Of a DNA stretch of 64,000 bases, positions 53,687 through 64,000 are shown one piece after another. The stretch covers positions 63,366,001 through 63,430,000 of the forward strand of contig NC_087436.1 of assembly GCF_036321535.1 (NCBI RefSeq), read 5' to 3'. Position 1 is the stretch's first letter, and each line of letters starts with the position of its first letter. Made by a program: the position numbers and the translations under genes. This stretch comes from Camelus dromedarius (lineage: Eukaryota). The notes under the pieces are model-generated. The model had not been told where the DNA came from, did not search any database, and saw nothing but the letters and a program-made list of their open reading frames with translations.

Positions 53687-54141
53687 TCTGTATTTGTAAT
53701 ATATAGAAATATTGAATCTCTATGCTGTGCACAAGGGACTAACATAGTGTTGTAGGTCAATTATACTTTAAATAACAAACAAACAAACTCATAGTAAAAG
53801 GGATATTTGTGGTTACCAGATGTGAGGGGTGAGATGAGGGGGAATGGGTGAAAGTGGTAAAAAGATACAAACTTCCAGTTATAAGATAAATAAATACTAG
53901 GAATGTAATACAATGTGATTAATGTGATTAATACTGCTGTATGTTATATATGAAAGTTGGTTAGAGAGTAAATCCTAAGAGTTCTTCCCTTTTATTTTGT
54001 ATTTATATGAGAAAATAAAGTTCACTAAACTTACTGTAGTAATCATTTCATAAGGTATGTAAGTAAACTCACTAGGCTTATACTGTAAACTTACACAGTG
54101 CTATATGTCAATTATATCTCTCAATAGAACTCTATGAAAAA
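53687..54141 (+). mobile_element. L1 (L1MA/MB-like) 3' fragment with 16-bp TSD
   Basis: TSD aagaatattgaattat (53671-53686) and aagaatattgagttat (54142-54157), enclosing L1 3' UTR motifs. Confidence 0.82.
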
Positions 54142-55156
54142 AAGAATATTGAGTTATCTTTAAAGAAATGAGAGGTTATTACAGGGTGTTAAGTAATGAA
54201 AACTAAAGCAAATGTTGAAAAACAGAAGACAGAAAAATTAGACTTTTTTATGTTATGTTGTTAAGATTGACTTTTGGACTCCTAATTCTTATGGTCTGTC
54301 AAGCTGACTCTGCAGGGGAGATGATTACTAAAAGTTCTTTTCTAATTATTTATAAAAGCACTTCAGAGAGATCATACTCATGTTTCTTGGCCCCCTGCCT
54401 TTCATTGAGTCTGTTGTGGAGAAGAGGAGTGTGATTAGTTGTTCTTTTTCTCTCTACAAATGGGGATAGCAGAGTATCACTGGGACCAAGATAATATTCA
54501 AGCAACACACCATCCTCTTATTTCAAAAGAAAGGTTCATCCTACAATCATAGTCTATGCATGCAGTCAGTCTTCTCTCAAATGCAACTTTGAGTAAGATG
54601 GGTTGTAGAGTAGAAAGTACAAATTTATTATGATAATTTCTATAAAATCTTAAATATGTATAATTACAATTTCTTCTTTCTTATACAAAACATTTGAATA
54701 AAAACAAATATTCAAAAACCTAGATTTTTTAAAAAGAAATGTACATTTGTTGTATGAAAGAACACTTTAAAATTTTTAATGTTCTTTTTCTCTAACATCT
54801 TAGAAGAAAAAGAGAATCTGTGATAAACATTCTAAAATGCATACACATTATGACCCATTGATACAGATTCCTATACTCATTAACTTGTGTGTAAATAAAT
54901 ACATTCATATTTGAATTATGTTTTTCCTTTAGTTGATGTTCAAAACCAATGTTTACTTTTAGATTAATATGATTAATTATCTCTTAAATCAAGTAAACTG
55001 TGTTATAGCCAATAATTTATATTCCTTTTTTGTTTCTTCTCTTTGTATTTTTGGGGAAAATAAAGTTCATTTTCTTTATTTTTAGCAACTTAATTTACTA
55101 TTTTTCAGAATGAATGTCTACTCCAGGTGCCCTAGAAAATTCAAAATGAGCAAGCC

Positions 55157-55251
55157 TTTTTTTTTTTTTTTTTTTTTTTAATGGAGGTACTGGGGATTGA
55201 ACTCAGGACTTTGTGCATGCTAAGCATGCTGTCTACCACTGAGTTATACTC
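55157..55251 (-). mobile_element. tRNA-derived SINE (camelid Vic-1-like) with pure A23 tail, fused to an L1
   Basis: T run at 55157-55179, then aatggaggtactggggattgaactcagg...ctaccactgagttatactc. Same family as 9769-9917 but missing about 5 nt at its 5' end. Confidence 0.92.
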
Positions 55252-56813
55252 GAATCAAAAAAGACCCAGAATTGCCAAAGCAATACTGTAGAAAGAAAAT
55301 GAAGCTGGAGGAATAACCCTCCCAGACTCCAGACAATACTGTAGAGCTACAGTAATCCAACAGAATGGTGTTGGCACAAAAACAGACATATGGGTAATGG
55401 ATCAGAATAGAGAGCTCAGAAATAAGCCCACATACTTATGGTCAATTCATCTTCAACAAAGGAGGCAAGAGTATACAATGAAGAAAAGACAGTCTCTTCA
55501 ACAAATGGTGTTGGGAAAGTTGGATAGTTGCATATAAATTAATAAAATTATAACACTCCCTCACACCATACAAAAAAAAAAAACTTCAAAATGGCTTAAA
55601 AACTTAAACATAAGGCAAGACTCCATAAACCTCCTAGATGAGAACATAGGCAAAACATTCTCTGACATAAATCATAGCAATGTTCTCCTAGAGCAGTCTA
55701 CAGAGGCAATAGAAATAAAAGCAAAAATAAACAAATGGGACTTAATTAAACTTATAAGCTTTTGCACATCAAGTGAAACAATATATAAAATGAAAATACA
55801 ACTTACTGACTAGGAAAAAATATTTGCAAATGATGTGACCGACAAGAGCTTAACTTCCAGAATATACAAACAGGTCATACAACTCAATAACAAAAAAATA
55901 AACAACCCAGTCAAAAAAATGGAGAGAAAATCTAAACAAATATTTCTCCAGTGAAGATATACAAATGGCCAATAGGCACATAAAAAAATGCTCTATATCA
56001 CTAATTGTCAGAGATATGCAAATCAATAATGAGGTATCACCTCACACTGATCAGAATGGCCATTACTAAAAAGTCCACAAACAATAAATGCTGGAAAGGA
56101 TGTGCAGAAGAAAGAATGCTTCGACATTGTTGGTAGGAATGTATTTTGGTGCAACCATTATAGAAAACAGTATGGAGATTCCTCAAAAAACTGAAAATAG
56201 ACTTACCCTATGATCCAGCAATCCTACTCCTGGCCATATATCCAGAAGAAATCTAATTTGAAAAGATATATGCATTCCAATGTTCATAGTAGCACTGTTT
56301 ACAATAGCCAAGACATGGAAGCAACCTAAATGCCCATTGACAAATAACTGGATAAAGAACTGTGGTACATATTTTTTTTTCCAACCATAAAAAGGAAATA
56401 ATGCCATTTGCAGGATTATGGATGGACCTGGAGATGGTCATTCTAAGTGAAGAAGCCAGAAAGAGAAAGATAAGTACCATACGATATCACTTATATGTGG
56501 AATCTAGAAAAGAAAAAAAAAAAAAGAAAGACAGACACAAATGAAATTATTTGCAAGATAGACTCACAGACATAGAAAATAGTAAACAAACATGGTTACC
56601 AGGGGGAAAAATGGTGGAGAGGGATAAATTGGGAGCTCAGAATTTGTAAATAATAGCTACTATATATAAAATAGATAAACAACAAGGTCCTACTGTGTAG
56701 CACAGGGAACTGTATCCAATACCTTTTAATGACCTATAATGAAAAGAAATATGGAAAGGAATATATGTATATAGATATGTGTATAAATTAATCGCTATGC
56801 TGTACACCAGAAA
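55252..56813 (+). mobile_element. 5'-truncated young L1 (end of ORF2 plus 3' UTR) lacking its terminal ~40 nt and poly(A)
   Basis: Colinear with the copy at about 2752-4316. ORF2 is broken by stops. It ends at tgtacaccagaaa. Confidence 0.93.
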
Positions 56814-58799
56814 AGAGCAAGCCTGACATCTGTTTGTTTACAAGCTATGAGAAAATCTTAACAAATAAGACCAAAATCACAAACTTTACAATTTTATGTA
56901 AATTATTTATGACAATATACTGTTTAATTTCTAACATATGTTTATATTATTAAATTCATAATAATATGTGGGTTTAGCATAGACCTAATCAAAAATGTAA
57001 ACTTTCTCCTTTTTATTATTAGCAAAAAACATTAAGATTTTTCAGGACAAAATAATTTCTTAATATCTGTGTTCTCTCTATTACCACTAATGGTATGTCT
57101 CATTTGATTTGTCTTTTCAGGTATAACCTATATGCATATTCTAGTAACATTGTATCAGCACCCATAGAAATCTTAAATTTTAATGGTCCTTATTTTTTTA
57201 AAAAAGAAAATGCAGTGAATAATAACACAAATATAGTGATTATAAGTACTATATAACTATATAATACTAACTAATCTCCACTTTCCTCTCATGGGTAGGA
57301 CTGAACTTCTGAATTCCTTGGAAGTGGTAGGGACCTGTAATTAGCAGTAAGAAGGGATATATATGACTCCCAGCTAGAGCTTTTAAGCGCAGAGTAAATC
57401 CCTCCAAAATTTATTTACTACTGTCTTGATGACTACTGGTGTTTTAGAGTGTCTACTCTACCAGGCTGGGTCCTGCAGTGAGAACATTACAGGAATAAAA
57501 GACACAATCCAGTCAATTCTTGGCAAGAAATATAACTTTATGAATTTAAGGCAGTGAAATTGTGAGTTCGTTGCTAGAGCATTATTGATCATATTAACTA
57601 AATAATAAACAGTAAAAATTTTTAAATTAAATAATTCTGAGATTTCAGATTTAGGTTACAAAAAATATATATATTCTGAATGCCTTCAATACAAAAGTTA
57701 GTGTTCAGAATGGCAATAAAAATTGTTTGGCTGCCTCTATACGCTATATTATGCACTAAACATCGTTTTTTCCTTCCATGCCAACTTTTTACAGATGCAA
57801 GTCTAGAGATAAAAACATAAATTCCAGCAGAGAAAGAAATAATGAGTCCCATGGGTAAGTTACCTTTGAGATCTTCAGGGGATAAACATTTGAACATCAT
57901 GAACTTAAACATGTCTCAGAGAGAAAAAATAACTTTTACCATTGCAAAACAGTTCTGTTTACCAAGTCAGATCTGTCAGGCAAGTCACCTGGCCTTCATA
58001 AAAAGTGACATCAAAGCTAACCAATGCATGCAACAGAATCCAAGTAACATAGATTGTACTTGTTGGCATAACTATACTTACTCTTTATAAGGCAATTTAT
58101 CCAAGGTAATAATTAAAATAACATGTTTATCTGGGCTGAAATTTAAAAACATGTAAGGCTACAAGGCAATACTCTATAGTATGTTTAACTTAATATGCTT
58201 AAGTTAAAACATCTAACAAGCTTAATTAAAATATTAAAATAAGTATTATACAATATTTGAAGAAGTTTGTATGGATTTAGCATATACCACCTCCAATACA
58301 CTATTAAATAGTGCTGGTTTCTAAGGCAGCTTTTAATTCTTCATATTCTGGCTCCAAATTTCACTTGACTTAAACATTTTTTATTCAACTATATTTTTTT
58401 TTTGTAGATAGTACGCAGATATTTCAATTTGCTCTAAATTTTAAGATTTAAAAGAACACATGATTCTTTCAAATACAAGCATTTTTTCTTTTGATTTAAT
58501 TCAACCCCCACACCATTGACCCACATAGAGACAAGACATGAAAGCTCAGAACGAGACCCTAATTCCACTGATATTCTAAACTACATCAACTGGAAGACTT
58601 TCAGCCATCCTCTATCCCTATCACCACCATTACTGAATGCCTTTAGGTCATCTGAACTAATCTCGTTATATCCTTTAGCTCTGTGTATGTGCTGACACCT
58701 GACATGAGAAGCCCAGGCCACCCTCATCTTTCCTACCCTAATATTTGTAAGTCTTTGCACATTCTCTTCTCTTTCTCCATCTTCCACTACCCTCTAACT

Positions 58800-60640
58800 C
58801 ATGAAAACCAGACACAGTGCCCTTAATTCCCCAATCCATAATCAACAAATTTCTCTACATTCTCAGTTTCTGAGACTCCTCATCACCTTTTTGTTCTAAA
58901 GCTGGGCAACGTTTGGACTATTTCTGCTGCAGCCCTCTAAAGCAGTGACTCCCATTTCCTTCATATCACTATGTTTGAGTTAGAGTAATCTCCTTCCTTA
59001 TCCTCCTTGACTCTGGCAAACAATTTTCCTTCATGTATTCCTTAAAAACAATACTTGAATCATGCTGCCTGTGTTATTCTGTACCTTCAAATAATTTCAA
59101 CTTTCACTCTGCTTAAGCCTCTTATTTCCATCGTGATAATCTTAGACCTTGTCATTATCAACTACTGTCACATCTTGATCATCTTAATGACCTCTCTTTT
59201 CAGATTATCCAGGTTAATTTTGTGGCCAGTTCTCATAATCACTTCCTCTCATATACCCTCAACTTGACTTGGCCTTATACACAAGAAAAATCTATAACTT
59301 TGTTTAAATGTAATTATCTGCCTACTTTGAGCCTGAACTTATACAGATAAATCTAGTAGAAGAAAAGCAACATTCACACTAATTGGTCTCCCTTTAAAAA
59401 CCATTAACATCAACCTCAAGGGGGCTTAAAGCTGTTTAGAAAATATATTACATATCTTGAGCCTCACTTTCCCAATTTCCCCAAATATTATTTCACACCT
59501 TCTCTAGTGTCTTCAAAAACCAACAACATGGATGGACCTAGAGGGTATTAAGCTTAGTGAAATAAGTCAGACAATGAAAGACAAATACTGTATATTATCA
59601 CTTAGACGTGAAATTTAAAACATATAACAAAATAGAAGCAGACTATCAGATCTGGGGAACAAACTAGTGGTTACAAGTAGGGAAAAAGAAGGGGGGAAGG
59701 GCAAGATAAGCCTATGGGGTTAAGAAGTACAAACTATGAATATAAAATAAATAAGCTACAAGGATACAGGGATATAGTATATAGCACAGGGAATATAACA
59801 ATTATTTTATAATTATAAATGGACTATAATCTATAAAATACTGAATCACTATGCTCTACACCTGAAACAAATACAATATTGTAAATCAGCTATACTTCAA
59901 TAAAAAAGAAAAAATATGCTATAACCCACCCCCCAAAAAAACATGAACATGTTTTTCCTGCCTTATTCTTAGCTAATGAATTTTCTCCTTAATTCACAAA
60001 GCAAAACTGAAGCAATTCTAAAAACTTTAATAGATTCCTAATACCACATATGGACACCTATCAGTATCGGTGCCCATAACTCTGCCTTCCTGTCTATTAA
60101 AACAAAACTTTCAATGCTCTTTTCTTAAGCCACTTCCTTGCCTCTTCATTAGCTATCATCCCTGTCATCGACTCACTGCTGAATTTCCAGTTCATATTGG
60201 ATAATTATCATCAGTATATAAACATCCTTTTATTTCTCCATTCTAGGAAAGAAAAGAAAAGAAAAAAGGAAAAAAAAAAAACAGAACAAAGCAAAACAAC
60301 CACAACTAAAATACTTCTGATAAAATTTTCTCTTCAGTGTCAATTTATCTGCTTTTTTTTTTTCTTTTTCTTTTTCTTTTTTTCCAGAAAAAAACCACCA
60401 ATTTCTATCTTTACATTTTTAACCTTTTTCAGACAGGTTTCCTGTCCCTATAATTGAACCAAATTGCTCTTGGCCGGTTCACCAATGACCACAAAATTGC
60501 TAAATCCAATACCCAATTTTCAACTTTAATTTTACTTGGACTATTAAATAGCATTTAACACAGTTAGTAATATGTTTTCCTTTATATACTTTGTTTATGT
60601 GTTCTCCAGCTACTGCACACTTCCTTCCCAGAGTTTTATT
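58800..60640 (+). mobile_element. Long L2 remnant interrupted by an L1 3' end
   Basis: L2 ORF-region motifs: cttagaccttgtcattatcaactactg, cactaattggtctccctttaaa and gttcaccaatgacc...attgctaaatccaat. Confidence 0.6.
59524..59914 (+). mobile_element. L1 3' end (artiodactyl-type)
   Basis: caacatggatggacctagagggtatta...tatagcacagggaatata...gtaaatcagctatacttcaataaaaaag. Confidence 0.88.
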
Positions 60641-63600
60641 TGAAAACACGTTCCCATTTAACAGAAAAAAAAATTGTAACACTATTTAAGTCACCTTATC
60701 ACAACTAAGGAATTTATGGGCACATATTACTTAAGACCATTATAATGTAAGCTAGTCTACCATACATGCATACAACAAGTGTGTTAAATGTGACTTAGAA
60801 TCAGTTAAAGTCTTCTGATACATTTACATACAATTTATACTCACTTTCTATATTTCTATAGCTTCCATTTTTTTCCAACCAGTCATAAATTGGTTTTTGA
60901 ACTTTATACTCCTAATCACAAAACCTATAGTAAATTCAGCAAACAGACACAGGAATGGAAATCTTCAGACATAAAACTTGAATTATAGCCATATTATAGG
61001 TCAGATGACTAAAATATCAATGGAAAAAGTAGGACATATAGTAAAATGAGAGATAAGAGATGTGCACGTGTGTTCACATATTGCCTGTAAGTTTATCTGT
61101 AGATAAGAAAAGACATCAGTTTAAGTGTATGGCAATAAAAAGTAAATAAAAAGGAAGACTAAAGTAACAGTTCAAAGAAACAGAGCTATATGGATATTAA
61201 GCATATGGTGAGTGATTTTATGATACCCTCTGGGTACTATTAAAATACCCACAAGTAATCTGATTACTTGTCCCATCTGGAATCCACAAAGCTTCAGGTT
61301 AGTTGTCATGTACCTAACTGCATGCTCCGAGAATAATTGGTGTTGTCTTCATTTTTTTCCTTATTAGCATTCTCCATCACTGCCAAAAATGACATAGAAA
61401 GAGTACCCAAAGTGTATCACTAAATATGGCAAAGGAGTCTCATCTGTTATTTTTATTTTATCTCATTCAGTCTCTTTTCTTAGAAGTTTTGCAGACTGAA
61501 GAACATTTTTATTTCATCTTGTCTCATCTAGTGCCTTTGGTTCAGAAGTTTTGCCAATTTGAACCATATCCTTGTCTACATTCCAATCAATAGGCATGTG
61601 GCTATATGAGTATTGAATGCACCACTTACTGCAAGTAAAAGACATTCCAAAGCATTTTAAATCAATAAATAAAACCTTATGTCACTGATGTAACTTGCCT
61701 TTGTGTGCTACTACACTTTCCCTAAAATTTGTCTCTGTTTTAGACATTTCTTAGTAGTGCCAATTTGAGAAGCAATTGACAAAATGTTTGAATGAAATTG
61801 TAATACTTTCACATAAATTGGTAACTTAAAATTTATTTTCAGTGTCAGTTTATTAAATGTTACATAAAGAAGCCTAATAATATACAAATAATTAATTATT
61901 TCAACTTTATATATTGTAATGTAGACTAGATAAATGATCTTTTGGTAACATTTCCCTTTCTCTCTCATTCTCTCTCTCTCCTAATTTTTTTTTTCATTTC
62001 TTTCTTTCTTCTTTTTCCCTTTCTGTCTTTTTTTTTAAAGGCATTTAAGTAAGCAATCAAATCAAGAAAATCCTGGTTCATTATATCGTATCTTTCATGG
62101 TGACCTGAAAGTTAATAGTCAGGCTCTCCCAGGTCAGGAAAGACTAGTATATCCAACAATAGAACCCCTTAAAAAGAAAAATTTTCAAAACCAACTTGCT
62201 GGGAATTGAAGCTGCCCATAGAAAATCTAGTTATTAGCTATGAAGAAGACTGAATATTCATATAATCTTATTCTAAACTCTCATTCTCCCATTTGGAATC
62301 CATTTAGGTCCACTTCTGTGTTTAATATCCATAGATTTGACATCTTAATTGTAATTCAAAATTTTCTCAGTTTTAATATATTTAAATTATCTTTATCTTC
62401 CTGTCTTCTTTCTCATTGATTTCAGTTCATTTCCCCCAAGCTAGCTAATTTTATCATTTTCTTTTTTAAAGTATCGATTAGAACTTTCATATTCAAACCA
62501 TCCTCTCTTTATTCTCAATTTAAAAAAAACCTCTATGGAAACAGAGAAAAGAAGTAATATCTAACAGCAATAAAATTCAAGTGAGACAGAAATCTTAAGG
62601 ACAGAATTTTGGAGAAACCCACAATAAATATAAAGTAGATGAAGCTAGATTAAGTTAAAACAGTCTAATAATTATAAGATATCATCTCTATACCAATCAT
62701 AATAGAGGTAGCAATTTACTTTTGTATGGATGGCTTTTGAGGGTTGGGGAGGATGAAAAATAAAATTTCATTTTCCTCACTCAGTGCAGTCATCTCTTCA
62801 AATCCGTAACAGTGGTATAAACTACATAAGAACTAAGTGGGAAGCAGTTAATATATGTGAGATGAACTCATCAGAGAATAATAAGTAAATTCACGCTAGG
62901 CAGTATTAGATGTGTGGGCCATGAACATGGAACCTGAGCTGGGATCAGATAAGGATATTTGACCATCCTCAGTAGATAATGAACAATCAACAACACACAC
63001 CTACTATTCTTACCAGTAAGGAGTCTAAATTAACCTTTAATACTTCCAGAATGAGTTATCAAAATGTAACAAAAATGGAGTCTAGGGAAATATACTGCAG
63101 AACAAGGTAAATGGAATGCATTTAATTTTTTTGAAAATCCTATTTTGAAATTTTTCTCTCGGGTTTTAAATTTCAATTTAACTTTAAAACTTACCCAGTC
63201 ATTTTATGAGGATTTATTACTTTATTTTAAAATGGTATCTCCTAATATTACTGAGCATGAAACATTGCTTAGCAATGACAGTTGCTTTTTTTTATATTGA
63301 TATGAAAACAAAGCTGTAATTATTACCTTTAAAGATATATTCTATAATTTTTAAATAATTTATTTCCACACATAGATTTTATTTGCTTATATATGTCTAT
63401 ATACATATATAATTTGATATACATTAATTTAGCTTTAAAGATATATATAATTATTTTAAGTGTGTTTTCAATGTATCAGTTTCAAGAAGGCATTCATAAA
63501 TTTTTTTATTGAAATACAAATTATCTTGAAATTTTTCAGAATTTATAAGCTAACATATAATTTATGTATGTAGTTAAACTGTATATGTGCATGTATGTGT

Positions 63601-64000
63601 ATTTTAATCAATGTGACCACTATAGAATGTTTCCCAGAAGCCAATTACAACCTCCTTCTTCCTTTGATTTCCTCTACGACAGACATAGGAAAGATAAAAG
63701 TCAGCTTTTTAAACTGCTTGGCAGTTAGGTCTGGCCAGGTATAGCAGCCATGGCCAAAGAATAAAGTAGATTGTCTTTATTCTTTTAAACAAAACAAAAC
63801 CCCCCAAAACTTAATGAGGAGATAGTTTGGGCCTTTAGCTTTTCATGTTTCCTGTAACATAGATGTGAAGTCAAGAGATAAACCAGCTATCTTGTAAAAA
63901 AACGCATACCAAGAATGTAAGGGCAGGATGAGAGAAGGAGCTAGGATCTTCTATGACAGCCCCAGACTGCCATATCCACCCTGGCCTCTTTCCATTGAAC

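Noticed and set aside
59915..59950. Possible 3' transduction after the L1 tail
   Set aside because: The candidate TSD (aaaaaccaacaacatg versus aaaaacatgaacatg) is too weak to define the insertion boundary.
61200..61860. Possible DNA-transposon or pseudogene remnant on the minus strand
   Set aside because: Manual translation gives interrupted peptides with no identifiable family.
1..64000. CRISPR arrays, operons or other prokaryote-type systems
   Set aside because: The sequence is mammalian repeat-rich DNA with no regularly spaced repeats and no gene-dense ORF structure.

Overview
AT-rich mammalian genomic DNA, intergenic or deep intronic, with no recognisable intact protein-coding gene, RNA gene or prokaryote-type system. 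The tRNA-derived SINEs (9769-9917, 55157-55251) and the young L1 3' ends resemble camelid (alpaca/llama/camel) repeats as I recall them, so the source is probably a camelid. The window is mostly layered transposon fossils: old L1M, L2, MIR and MaLR elements, younger L1 copies with target-site duplications (TSDs), several ERV LTRs and a MER53 palindrome. The only ORFs with recognisable protein similarity are broken L1 ORF2 remnants. The best second-look items are: (1) a head-to-head SINE/L1 chimera inside one TSD (55143-56824), suggesting twin priming on two different RNAs; (2) two co-oriented solo LTRs 61 bp apart (39865-40946), one CpG-rich with a perfect NRF1 site and one MER41-like with an intact STAT1 GAS site; (3) an L1 whose 5' end is fused directly to its 3' end; (4) two candidate minus-strand exons. 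I found no convincing new biological system. All repeat family names come from visual recall, not from a database search.
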